This document shows positions 1-9,750 of a stretch of 24,220 nt of DNA, in pieces; the first letter of the stretch is position 1; every line of letters begins with the position of its first letter. The stretch is from Tortispora ganteri (Eukaryota): the NCBI GenBank assembly GCA_003707115.1, contig PPNB01000014.1, forward strand, positions 186,001 to 210,220, written 5' to 3'. A model generated the notes under the pieces. It worked only from the letters and a program-made list of their open reading frames with translations. It did not search any database and was not told the origin of the DNA. Both the position numbers and the translations under genes were made by a program.

Positions 1-1130
1 GTGAAGAACGTCGCATAATATCCTGGCCGCGTTCCATGCCACAATCCAGAAACAGTAAACGTCACGAACTTATCAAATACCCCTGGACTTTTGTTTGCAG
101 GTACCATGCGGAAGAACACACAGTGCCTCAACCATCGCTCAGTTGCCAAATTCCAGTTATTAACCAGCGATTTCATGTCTAGTGATGTCTTGATCGTGAC
201 TGGGTCAGTATTCATCATGAGATCCCATCTCGGATTGCCATTGTCGTCTCGACCATTGTATCCGATACCAGAAAGCCCGCAAGCGCCTTCAGCGAATGCC
301 CATACTGTACAGTACTTACTCATTGTCATCCAAAAGCTGATGTGGTAGTACATCACGTATTTCAGAAACGAGTTGCCATCGCAGAATGATGTACCGTCAA
401 ATCTGAAACTATTCGTGCGTATAGTGGCTATCACAAATACAATCAAAAGGAAAATTGCTTTTAGCAAGGTCAGCAAACAGTACTTCACATCAGGCTTGAT
501 CTTATAACCTTCGGGTTTGAACATCGCCATACTCAGATAGTCTCGGAATACATAATATTGAAATGAAGGACCGCTAAACAAAATCGGGAAAAAAAATACA
601 TAGGCAAAGTAATCAAGGAGAGGTGGCATCTCCGTCAACAATGCCTGTTTCCGGAATGTGCTGTTGATCTTTTCCGAAGGAAGTGTACCGTCATGGATAT
701 TCCACGCCATCAGAGATAGCTTTATTACCAACATCATCAACGTGCCGGCATAGTCTTCAGAGGGCACTCCGGTGTCCATATCCCTTTCCTTCTTCGCTTG
801 AACAAACAGCAGGATACCCAATAGGGCGCCTGTAATCAGCCATGGTATCTTCTCTGATGCAGGCCTGTATGATAACACCGCGTACACCCAAGAAGCATTG
901 ACAATCAAAAGAAAGAACCCCCAGTACATTGAAAAAATACCGCACATGAAAAAACAACCAACACCAATTATGTACCAGCATTTCAGGTTTTTAGCCTTGC
1001 TGGGGAATTGTGGCAAAACAGCTGCAAACGGATACGACAATAGGAAACAGAGAGTGAGCCTCAGGAGTCTTACATCCACATTTGCACCTGCTGCCGCATT
1101 TTCTATATACTGATCAATATATGGTAGCAT
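1..1130 (-). CDS. ALE1: MBOAT-family lysophospholipid acyltransferase (Ale1/Slc4-like), 3' end runs off the window
   Basis: Missing from the ORF track because there is no stop in the window. ATG at 1130-1128 gives MLPYIDQYIE...; manual translation shows GTLMMLVIKLSLMAWNIHDG, PPLLDYFAYVFFFPILFSGPSF, WNLATERWLR and SGLWHGTRPGYY (MBOAT catalytic His motif). Confidence 0.85.
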   Translation of the reverse strand, partial: MLPYIDQYIENAAAGANVDVRLLRLTLCFLLSYPFAAVLPQFPSKAKNLKCWYIIGVGCFFMCGIFSMYWGFFLLIVNASWVYAVLSYRPASEKIPWLITGALLGILLFVQAKKERDMDTGVPSEDYAGTLMMLVIKLSLMAWNIHDGTLPSEKINSTFRKQALLTEMPPLLDYFAYVFFFPILFSGPSFQYYVFRDYLSMAMFKPEGYKIKPDVKYCLLTLLKAIFLLIVFVIATIRTNSFRFDGTSFCDGNSFLKYVMYYHISFWMTMSKYCTVWAFAEGACGLSGIGYNGRDDNGNPRWDLMMNTDPVTIKTSLDMKSLVNNWNLATERWLRHCVFFRMVPANKSPGVFDKFVTFTVSGLWHGTRPGYYATFF

Positions 1131-1734
1131 TGGTATAAGACGAAAAGGGAGGTGCTATATTATAGTCACATTATCTTATAGTGAGCCATCTAAGGCTGCA
1201 GTTATCGAGGTACCAGCGCTAAAATAACGTTGTTGACTTTCATTATTTCATTTAGCGCACTATATTAAGTGAGCTCGCTTTCGCGATAGGCTAAATGCGA
1301 ACAAACGGGAAGATTAACTTTAATCTCAACGCATTAGCGAAAGCCGACCTATGCTGCACGAATGCTTTAGTACGGCTTATTATCTCAAAACTGCATGGCA
1401 TACTCGACATAGAAGAACTGCATAGTAATTAAGGGTGAGGTGGTGTTATCAATCTTGGATCTATGTGCATTGTAGCCGGAATCTGTCAGCAGAGACAGCA
1501 TCAGTTCGAGCGTTTGGTGTATACTCTCACCTTGTTCGCGCTGAAAAAAATTTAGTGTCGCAAGACCTTCCGAAAAGTCAAAACCACTAGCGAAGTTTAT
1601 TTGCTTCTACTTGTTAATATGCTAAGTCGGAAATGTTATTAAAAATGCTACACAACGCGCCAGAGATAATAAAAGCTTATACAAGGCAAATTGCGGAACG
1701 ATCCAAAACATAGAAACATCATCTGAAAGTAAAT

Positions 1735-2418
1735 CTAGCTTAACAGTTCAAGCATCTGTTGATTTTCATAGATCAGGACACCAGAACCGGACTGTTCAAT
1801 GATTTTATGTGCAGCAGCAGCTATTTGCCCGGATTCGATCGCAAATCGTTTAGAAGCATATGATCCGAGCAGAGGAACGTATTTAAGACCTTTCATAAAG
1901 TTCACAGCTACAGTTTCTAAGGCCCGTGAATCAGGACGACCGTCATGAAGGATCATACCAGGACGCAGAATCACAGTCCTGTCAAAATTCAAAGCAATTA
2001 TGTCTTTCTCAATTTCACCTTTCATTCTATTATAGAATATGGACGAGCTTGAATCAGCACCCATCGCCGAGACGATCACATACGTTTTCACACCGCGATC
2101 TTTGGCTTCCTTTGCCAGTTCAACATTCATATCATGATCAATCTTATATTGATTCTCTTTACTGCCTGCAAGTGCTTTAGTGGTTGCAAGTCCTGAGAAG
2201 AACACATCGGTGGTGGGAACTTCAGTCTTATAAGCCTGCATTACGTCTTTTGACACTACATTCTGGAACGAACCGGTAAATTCATTTCCTAGATCAGAGG
2301 GCAACGCCGATCTAGATAAAGCATAGATGCTGCTATAAATATTGCTTAACGACAGCGCCTGAACCAAAAATTTGTGGCCAACCTGGCCGGTAGAACCGAC
2401 AATTGCAATAGATTTCAT
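1735..2418 (-). CDS. FMP52: NAD(P)-binding Rossmann protein, Fmp52/TIP30(CC3)-like
   Basis: 227 aa; IVGSTGQVG Rossmann motif, LATTKALAGSKENQYKIDHD, VSAMGADSSSSIFYNRMKGEIE and ILRPG match the Fmp52/TIP30 pattern. Confidence 0.85.
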   Translation of the reverse strand: MKSIAIVGSTGQVGHKFLVQALSLSNIYSSIYALSRSALPSDLGNEFTGSFQNVVSKDVMQAYKTEVPTTDVFFSGLATTKALAGSKENQYKIDHDMNVELAKEAKDRGVKTYVIVSAMGADSSSSIFYNRMKGEIEKDIIALNFDRTVILRPGMILHDGRPDSRALETVAVNFMKGLKYVPLLGSYASKRFAIESGQIAAAAHKIIEQSGSGVLIYENQQMLELLS

Positions 2419-2556
2419 CAGTGGCGGGGGTTTCAGGAACAGTTATCGTGAATGTAGAACGAAACTCACGGCCGATCTATCCCAGCTGGTGGGGTTGGGG
2501 TAACGGAGATAAAAGGAGATTAATGTACGCATTACTGAAAGATTTTGGTCTGAATT

Positions 2557-3165
2557 CTAAGATTTTTCATCACCGTGATGTGATCTGTGAATAAGTTCGT
2601 TATCTGAAACGTCAAGGAACGTCGAAGAAGAACTCACGGCACTCTGCTGACGTACGGCGAGGAATATGTTCCAGAATAAGGAGAAGACGTTAACGAACAG
2701 GAGTCGACGAGTAAGCGGGATAAATGTGTAGTTGATGAACTGTACGGCTGGCCATACAGTCCAGTTTGTGAGCAAAGTGGACACATAATGGTGTTCCAAA
2801 TGAACTTTTATCTCATCTATGGATTTCCCATCGGTTAGTCCATTGATGGTGAAGTAACAGAATATGATACCACATGGGAATATGCTCTGGTCCACCAAAG
2901 TCCTCGCTAGTGTATCCTTTATGGTGTTGCCGGCTTTCGTTATTTGAACTTTTGACTGGACAAAAGACATCCACCGTTTGGCCAGCGGAGCGAATATAAG
3001 TCCACCATACAGTCCTAGTCGAAATGTCTTGTACCAGTCGAACTGCTTATGGTTGTCTGGATCCATTCGCATATTAATAATCTGTGCAACGGAGCCACCG
3101 ATCGCAAACAGGGTACCCGATATCAGATACGGCTGCTTCGATCGGTGTATCGCGCGCCAACTCAT
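2557..3165 (-). CDS. SYM1: Mpv17/PMP22 family membrane protein (Sym1-like)
   Basis: 202 aa; D-W-x-x-T-x-R, YGGLIFAP, VDQ, NWTVWPAVQFINY and WNIFL motifs typical of Mpv17/Sym1. Confidence 0.8.
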   Translation of the reverse strand: MSWRAIHRSKQPYLISGTLFAIGGSVAQIINMRMDPDNHKQFDWYKTFRLGLYGGLIFAPLAKRWMSFVQSKVQITKAGNTIKDTLARTLVDQSIFPCGIIFCYFTINGLTDGKSIDEIKVHLEHHYVSTLLTNWTVWPAVQFINYTFIPLTRRLLFVNVFSLFWNIFLAVRQQSAVSSSSTFLDVSDNELIHRSHHGDEKS

Positions 3166-3303
3166 TGTAACGTAGGGTATACGTGTGAGTGTGAAAAAAA
3201 ATTATACGTTAGCGCGGAGTATTTACCGATGAGTTAATACACGTATACACTTTCTAAAAGACTCCAAGGGTTATCTTTTAGGTAAATAGTCTCGCCGCTT
3301 GGA

Positions 3304-3398
3304 CCAATCACCGACACGAAGAATGAATTTTCCTGGTACTTTACCGTTTCCCCCCCTTGGTCTGGGGTCGCTTCGCGCATATCGCGGGGTGCCAAGGG
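3304..3398. promoter_or_regulatory. Candidate upstream regulatory module: CCAAT box, STRE, Mig1/CreA-type and Rim101/PacC-type sites
   Basis: CCAATCA 3304-3310, CCCCT 3353-3357, SYGGRG matches CTGGGG 3362-3367 and GCGGGG 3384-3389, TGCCAAG 3390-3396; all 140-230 bp upstream of the SYM1 ATG. Confidence 0.4.
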
Positions 3399-3588
3399 CC
3401 AAAGGTCAAAACCCAAGGTGACAGATAGCATTAGAACTAGCTGCTCGTGACGATTAGTCTGACATGCGTTGATCTTGTCAGCGCTACTTATTAACGTTTT
3501 TGTCTTCATTGCGAAAGTCTCACCTTATTTATTACTTGCCTCGATGAGAACATTCACATGGTCCGATAATCTTATGCTCTCCGCTGCA

Positions 3589-3596
3589 TGACGTCA
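3589..3596. promoter_or_regulatory. Perfect CRE palindrome TGACGTCA (Atf1/Sko1-type bZIP site)
   Basis: Exact palindrome within the divergent SYM1/PIL1 intergenic region; a half-site ATGACGT also occurs at 4302-4308. Confidence 0.35.
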
Positions 3597-4619
3597 CAAG
3601 TACCATCGACTGACAGCATCTCTTCGACTAGGACCACGTCGAATAGACTTATAAGACATACAAGCACACGCATCAGAGTACATATTATTGTGGACACGTG
3701 CGTCTACGATGCTATTATCACCATCAAAACAACAGATTGAATCACTAGCGCAAATAATATCTTTCGAAGAGCTTGTACCTTTCAGAAGCTAAGCAACCGA
3801 AAAACCTTATCAGTCTTTAGGTTGTTAGCATGCCTTGAGAAAATCGACTTCTATCTGGGGGTGGTAGCCGCCGCATTTTCGCAATCTTCACGGAGGAGCT
3901 TATAAATTCTCAAAGAGCGCCCTCTTGGATCGATTGAAGCTGACGCTGTTCGATCGCGAAGTGTGCGCATTCAAAGCTACAGCCATGAATTACACACCCA
4001 AAACCAAAATAAGCGCTTTGTAACAACTCCGGTAGAATCAATCACTGTTCAAAAGATTGCTTCATTGGATATAGCCATAACCAGATATAGAAATAGGTCA
4101 ACAATCTGCATGTACAAGCTCGTCTCATTTCTTAGGCGGGAGAGAATAAATTGTTGTTAAGCTTATTGTAATTTTGACCAATAAGAGGCATCTATGGCTC
4201 TACAAAATCGCCCAATTCGGCAATGTGGCAGGCACTCCCACATTTGCATAAACCCTGTACCTACAAGATATAGCCTCTAATTGGACAATTGCAGCTTACG
4301 CATGACGTTTTTTGATTCAGATAAATACCCAGCCCTCTCACAGATTTGTACCTAGATTCCTACTAAGCTATTCAGTCACAAATTGTCATTTTGTACTTAA
4401 TTGCTTTCTTTGCCACTATCAGTTTTTGCAACTAATCGGTCGAATTATCATAGTATTTATTTCTTTACTATCGACCCTTCCAATTGCATTCAATTTAGAC
4501 TAATCAGGTAGCAGTCTATTTTCCTCATTTTAGCACTCCTTCGCGCGCCCTTTCTGCAGTAAAGTGTGCCCTCCTTGGTTGCTTAAGTTCTCTCCTCACT
4601 AGGAAAAAAAGCAAGAAAA

Positions 4620-5579
4620 ATGCATCGAACATATTCTCTTCGCAATTCTAGGGCCCCTACAGCCCAGCAGCTTTCGAGCCCTCCTCCTCCTCCTTCATCC
4701 ACTAAGGGCGGCCGTTTCTTCGGTAAGGGCTCTATTGCTCATACCTTCCGCCGCACCACTGCTGGTACCTTCGGCCCTGAACTTTCTCGGAAATTAGCTC
4801 AATTGGTCAAGATGGAGAAAAATTGGATGCGGTCCATGGAAGTCGCTTCCAATGAGCGCAAGGAAATCGCGAAGCAGCTCTCCCTCTGGGGCGAGGAGAC
4901 CGACGATGATGTCTCTGACATCACCGACAAGCTCGGTGTTCTCATCTACGAGATTGCTGAACTCGAAGATCAATTTATCGATAAATACGATCAATACCGT
5001 GTTACAATTAAGTCTGTTCGCAACATCGAGGCCTCTGTGCAGCCCTCTCGCGACAGAAAGCAGAAGATTACCGACCAAATTGCTGCCCTTAAGTACAAGG
5101 AGCCCAACAGCCCTAAGATTATAGTTCTTGAGCAGGAGTTGGTCAGAGCCGAGGCTGAGTCTCTTGTTGCTGAAGCTCAACTCTCCAACATCACTAGAGA
5201 AAAAATTAAGGCTGCATTTAACTACCAATTTGATGCCTTGCGCGAACACTCCGAAAAGCTGGCTTTGATCGCAGGTTACGGTAAAGCTCTCCTTGACCTC
5301 ATTGATGACTCTCCTGTTACTCCTGGTGAGACCCGTCCTGCTTACGACGGCTATGATACTTCCAAACAGATCATCATTGATGCAGAAAACGCCCTTAGTT
5401 CGTGGACCTTGGAGAATGCCGCTGTGAAGCCTGCTCTCACTATCACCCGATCTGCTAATACTGGCGAAGAATACGGTGAGGACGGCGAAGGTGTCTGGGC
5501 TGATAAGACCGACGAGGAAATCAACGAGGGCCTTGAAGCTGTCGACATTGAGGATAAGAAAGACGAAGTCGTCGTTTAG
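4620..5579 (+). CDS. PIL1: Eisosome core BAR-domain protein Pil1/Lsp1
   Basis: MHRTYSLRNSRAPTA, GPELSRKL, EQELVRAEAESLVAEAQLSNITR and DDSPVTPGETRPAYDGY are near-identical to Pil1/Lsp1. Strong codon bias. Pil1 versus Lsp1 orthology cannot be resolved by eye. Confidence 0.95.
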   Translation: MHRTYSLRNSRAPTAQQLSSPPPPPSSTKGGRFFGKGSIAHTFRRTTAGTFGPELSRKLAQLVKMEKNWMRSMEVASNERKEIAKQLSLWGEETDDDVSDITDKLGVLIYEIAELEDQFIDKYDQYRVTIKSVRNIEASVQPSRDRKQKITDQIAALKYKEPNSPKIIVLEQELVRAEAESLVAEAQLSNITREKIKAAFNYQFDALREHSEKLALIAGYGKALLDLIDDSPVTPGETRPAYDGYDTSKQIIIDAENALSSWTLENAAVKPALTITRSANTGEEYGEDGEGVWADKTDEEINEGLEAVDIEDKKDEVVV

Positions 5580-5777
5580 AGTGAGCTAGCTTTATCTATC
5601 TGCATTTTCTGTTTTCTATTCAGTTCGTTTGGTCGTATTAGTACTTTTCTTGTAGTAGTTTAATTTGGCTTTATGCTATTAACTTTTGCTTTGTTTTCTA
5701 ATTTATAATCCTTTAAAAACCAGTAGTAGTTCGCGTAGCTCTTAGCGGCAGTCTTTTTACATCGACCAGCAGCTGAT

Positions 5778-6206
5778 ATGGACAGAACACGCCAATTCCT
5801 GAAACTGCCGAACAATTCACTATTAGAAATAGTTTTAGACGGTTCAGAATCGTTGCAACAATTATTTATGGAAAATGTGCTCCAATTGCAGCGTCAAGAG
5901 CTACTTAATATCTTGTTAGGCTCCTCAGGGCCTCAGACCCGTATAATAGAATCCGATCTCTATATCGCGTCAATAACGGTCAAAGAGAAGATGCGAAAGT
6001 CAGCAAAGAAACTGTTCCAGGGAAGTTCTAGCGGTCAGGACGCCACCAAAAGCGGCATGATAGCACAACTCTCTGATGAATCATCTGCCGGTATAGGCAC
6101 TGCAAGCCGCGTCCTGACTTACTCTAATGACTCTTCAAATGACCTACATTACAACCTATATCAGTCAATATATGCAGATGTTTACATATCGTTACGAGAA
6201 CCGTGA
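5778..6206 (+). CDS. Hypothetical protein (142 aa)
   Basis: ATG-initiated ORF filling the gap between PIL1 and the RPS2 promoter with no overlapping gene; no family confidently recognised. Confidence 0.55.
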   Translation: MDRTRQFLKLPNNSLLEIVLDGSESLQQLFMENVLQLQRQELLNILLGSSGPQTRIIESDLYIASITVKEKMRKSAKKLFQGSSSGQDATKSGMIAQLSDESSAGIGTASRVLTYSNDSSNDLHYNLYQSIYADVYISLREP

Positions 6207-6613
6207 AACGTGTTTGACGGGATGGTAGTCAAACTTCCTCAATTGCAGCGATCTGCCGCGGAGCTTCGCAAAGTGGCAAGTCGTGCTTATATTACACGTT
6301 CACATATTCGCTCTAAAGATACAGCTCAATTTGACCTATATTCGGCACGTACTAAGCTAGTTTATGCTATTACATAGTTATACTACAGAATGTCTGTGTA
6401 ATTAGATGTCTCTATAAAGTGAACATTGCCTTTTGATTACGTTGATCGACTACATCGAACGACGCTCTTTTCGCACATATGCTGTAAGTGACTATAATTA
6501 TTATAGCAATAAGTTAGAGTATTTTTAGAATATATTTAGAATATATTAAACTATTCATACCTGTAGAATAGCGTATATAGTATTGTACTTAGTCATACAT
6601 CAAGACTTTGTAA

Positions 6614-6642
6614 TAACCCTAACAGGGCTATACACAGTCACA
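6614..6642 (+). promoter_or_regulatory. Ribosomal-protein gene promoter: Tbf1-type inverted pair plus Homol-D box
   Basis: TAACCCT-AAC-AGGGCTA (6614-6630) followed by CAGTCACA (6635-6642), about 90-120 bp upstream of the RPS2 ATG. Confidence 0.7.
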
Positions 6643-6734
6643 GACCCCCAGAGCTTGAACGTCCCAATAGACGCAGCTAAGCGCAACTCCAAAGTCTACT
6701 CACTACACTTCATACAATATTACATACTAAAAGA

Positions 6735-7493
6735 ATGTCAGAAGCACCCCGTGGAGGATTTGGACGTGGACGTGGAGGTCGAGGAGGTCGTGGAGGCCGT
6801 GGCCGCCGTGGAGGCCGTGATGAAGAGAAGACCTGGCAGCCAGTTACGAAGCTCGGCCGTCTTGTTAAAGCTGGTCGCATTCGATCTATTGAAGAGATCT
6901 ATCTTCACGCTCTCCCCGTTAAGGAGTTCCAAATTGTTGATACTCTTGTACCTGGTCTCAGTGATGAACTTATGAAGATTAAGTCTGTTCAGAAGCAGAC
7001 TCGCGCTGGTCAACGTACCCGTTTCAAAGCTATTGTCATTATCGGAGATTCCAACGGTCACGTTGGTCTCGGTATCAAGACTGCTAAGGAAGTCGCCACT
7101 GCTATCCGTGCTGCTGTTATTGTTGCCAAACTCTCAATTATTCCTGTTCGTCGTGGTTACTGGGGTGTCAACTTGGGTGCTCCCCATTCGCTTGCCGGTA
7201 AGACTACTGGAAAGTGTGGCTCTGTTGTGTGCAGATTAATTCCTGCTCCCCGCGGTACTGGTGTCGTTGCTTCTCCTGCCGTTAAGCGTCTTCTCCAGCT
7301 TGCTGGTGTTAGTGATGCATACACATCATCCTCTGGAAAAACACGTACTTTGGAAAACACACTCAAGGCTGCCTTCTCTGCCATTTCGCAGACTTACGGT
7401 TTCCTTACTCCTAACTTATGGACTGAAACACCTTTGGGCGCTTCTCCACTCGAGGAGCATGCTCACTTGCTCTCTCAGAAGCGTGTCTACTAA
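6735..7493 (+). CDS. RPS2: 40S ribosomal protein S2 (uS5)
   Basis: N-terminal RGG repeats, [29 protein letters not shown] and [10 protein letters not shown]; highly biased codons. Confidence 0.98.
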   Translation: MSEAPRGGFGRGRGGRGGRGGRGRRGGRDEEKTWQPVTKLGRLVKAGRIRSIEEIYLHALPVKEFQIVDTLVPGLSDELMKIKSVQKQTRAGQRTRFKAIVIIGDSNGHVGLGIKTAKEVATAIRAAVIVAKLSIIPVRRGYWGVNLGAPHSLAGKTTGKCGSVVCRLIPAPRGTGVVASPAVKRLLQLAGVSDAYTSSSGKTRTLENTLKAAFSAISQTYGFLTPNLWTETPLGASPLEEHAHLLSQKRVY

Positions 7494-7599
7494 TGTTACT
7501 GCCCTCTTCTGATTACGTTCTTGTAGGAATACACTCACATGAATTATAAGTCAATTGTCGTAGCTTGTTTCGTAAAAAAATTATTAGTGAATTGATATT

Positions 7600-9564
7600 T
7601 TATCTTCTGTGTTTTTTGTTCTTCTTGGATGATGCAGATTCGGAGCTGAACCACGTTCGTTTAGGTCTCGACTTAATTTCGTCATTATGCTCAATCAGGT
7701 TCTGTGACTTCTTCAATTCCATCTCCGCTACTGCGATTTCTTTCTGCGCTTTCTCCTCTTCCAGTACCTCGCTAACAATGTCTTTCAGATTTTCTATCTC
7801 TTTCTGCAAAGTTTCAACTGCTGTCCAGTCAACGGTACGCGACACAATCTTGTTCTCCTCCGTCTTGCCGTTCTTTTCGAGCGCCTTTATGGCCTGGCGC
7901 ACTATCGTACGCTCGGAAGAGCTTTCGTCGACAAAAGAGATACTGTGGCCAGATTTGCCTGCACGTGCGGTTCTGCCCACACGATGCACGTAGATTTCAT
8001 GCGTTTTCGGCATCTCATAGTTTATCACCATCTGCACATTAGGAATATCTAGACCGCGTGAAGCAAGATCCGTACAGATCAGACAAGACACGTTCGCATT
8101 TCTAAAACTCTCGACGCTTTGGAGTCTCTGTTCCTGCGAAAGCGAGCCGTGTAGTTCCTCCACTTTCAGTCCAAGAAGACCGAGCACGACTCGGAGCTTA
8201 TGTGCTTCGTCTTTTCTCGAAACAAATATCATGGTTCGCATATGCGCCGGCAACTGTTTCAAGATCCACGCCAACAATGCCATGCGATTTTGTGTATGTT
8301 TCCTTAGACGCACAAATTCCTGAGTAAGCCCTCCAGCAGCTTGCCTGTGTGAGTCTATCATGATCCGGGCAGGTTTATGCAGCGACAACTGTACCAGCGA
8401 ATCGATGCGCGAATTCATTGTCGCCGAGAATAGCAGTGTTTGTCTCTTAGCCGGAATCAGACGTAGAATTTCCTTCAGTTCTTGTGAAAACCCGTCTTCC
8501 AGCATTCTGTCTGCTTCGTCCATAATGAGAATCTCGACAGTGTCCACATGGAAGCTTGGCGAGTTTCGAATGTGATCAATAAGACGACCAGGGGTCGAAA
8601 TTACAATTTCAGGACGCGTCTTCAGCTCCTTCTCCTGGATGCGCAAGTTCAGACCACCAACAGCCATGCCAATGCGTAAATCTGGGATGTTCGCTGACAG
8701 CTTCTGGCCTACTTCGTTCACCTGAATAGCCAGTTCTCGCGTAGGCACTAGGACTAGCACCCTAGTAGCTGCGATCTTTGAAGGTCGGTACATAAGACGT
8801 TCTAGAACCGGTAAAAGATACGCAGCAGTTTTGCCTGAACCTGTTTGCGCACCTGCTACTATATCCTTGCCCATCAGCGCCAGTGGGATAACTGCACTCT
8901 GCACAGGAGTAGGACGGAGATATCCCAGGTTTGCAATTCCTCTAAGTAAAGGTCGCGACAATGATAACGCAGAAAATGAAGATTGTAGAGCTGTCACTTT
9001 AGCGTCTTTGTCGTAGAAATCAGCAATGGCTTGTTCGTCATCGCCGTTGTCATCCTCAGACTCTGATTCAAGGTCCATAGGATGAGGAACATGTTCTAAT
9101 TCAGATTCGGACTCCGATCCCGATTCAGCTTCTGATTCTGAATTTAATGACTGAACTGTGTCATCAAATCCAGTAAACACATCAGCGTTAGTATCGTCAT
9201 CATTACTGTCGTCGCTCTGTTCGTTGGTTTCGTCTTGATCTGAATCAGAAACTGATTCAAGATTCGAAGAACGTTTGCGCTTTATAATTGCATCCAAATC
9301 AACTCTACTTGTAGAAGAACTACCGTTTGACTGATCTATTTTTCTCGAGAAATCCCAGCCTTGAAAAGCCACAGTTTTACCAAGAAAAGCGTCTTCGTCA
9401 AATTGGAATAATGGGTTAACGTCACCTTTAGATTGTATTTTCTTATTCGAAACTACCTGGTTAGTCTGTACATCTTCAACTTCGTCTAAATCATCATCAA
9501 AATCAGGTAAATCAGACTCGTTGTCCGAAATCGTAGCAATAAAATCAGTAGTAACAGGCTTCAT
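7600..9564 (-). CDS. DRS1: Nucleolar DEAD-box RNA helicase Drs1/DDX27
   Basis: GSGKT, PTRELA, DEAD, SAT and HRVGRTAR motifs; acidic N-terminus with FQF (FxF) and C-terminal SRPKRTWF. Start moved from the track's TTG (9585) to the first ATG at 9564. Confidence 0.92.
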   Translation of the reverse strand: MKPVTTDFIATISDNESDLPDFDDDLDEVEDVQTNQVVSNKKIQSKGDVNPLFQFDEDAFLGKTVAFQGWDFSRKIDQSNGSSSTSRVDLDAIIKRKRSSNLESVSDSDQDETNEQSDDSNDDDTNADVFTGFDDTVQSLNSESEAESGSESESELEHVPHPMDLESESEDDNGDDEQAIADFYDKDAKVTALQSSFSALSLSRPLLRGIANLGYLRPTPVQSAVIPLALMGKDIVAGAQTGSGKTAAYLLPVLERLMYRPSKIAATRVLVLVPTRELAIQVNEVGQKLSANIPDLRIGMAVGGLNLRIQEKELKTRPEIVISTPGRLIDHIRNSPSFHVDTVEILIMDEADRMLEDGFSQELKEILRLIPAKRQTLLFSATMNSRIDSLVQLSLHKPARIMIDSHRQAAGGLTQEFVRLRKHTQNRMALLAWILKQLPAHMRTMIFVSRKDEAHKLRVVLGLLGLKVEELHGSLSQEQRLQSVESFRNANVSCLICTDLASRGLDIPNVQMVINYEMPKTHEIYVHRVGRTARAGKSGHSISFVDESSSERTIVRQAIKALEKNGKTEENKIVSRTVDWTAVETLQKEIENLKDIVSEVLEEEKAQKEIAVAEMELKKSQNLIEHNDEIKSRPKRTWFSSESASSKKNKKHRR

Positions 9565-9750
9565 GGAGATGGTAAAATTATACAACTGTCTTAGAAAAGG
9601 AAACTTTCTGCATAATTAAGTTTCCAAAAAAGGAGAGTGTATTTTGAGTAGCAACAATGATGTTACCAGAATATCCCATGTATATATATTAATGTAATAT
9701 TGTTTGTTATATTGTTAAAAGTCATTATGTCATAAAATTATTTCAATGTT

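Noticed and set aside
3234..3509. 91-aa minus-strand ORF upstream of SYM1
   Set aside because: No recognisable family and it overlaps likely promoter motifs; length is compatible with chance.
3513..3903. GAAAGTCTC ... GGAGCTTA resembling the RNase MRP P4 helix strands
   Set aside because: Pairing is imperfect, the spacing is long, and the other conserved MRP elements were not found.
4508..4602. Possible PIL1 5'UTR intron (GTAGCA...CACTAG)
   Set aside because: Donor is non-consensus and there is no convincing branch point near the acceptor.
4794..5548. Antisense and alternate-frame ORFs over PIL1 (also those over RPS2, DRS1, the MFS gene, the monooxygenase, E2 and GDE1)
   Set aside because: Shadow ORFs expected from the codon bias of the real genes; no recognisable motifs.
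6523..6546. TTTAGAATATA direct repeat (two copies)
   Set aside because: Simple slippage duplication in AT-rich intergenic DNA.
6614..6622. TAACCCTAA as telomeric repeat or telomerase RNA template
   Set aside because: A single 1.5-unit copy in an RP promoter is better explained as a Tbf1-type site.
6583..6975. 130-aa ORF overlapping the RPS2 start with VEVEE repeats
   Set aside because: Non-ATG start; it is the off-frame reading of the RGG-encoding repeat.
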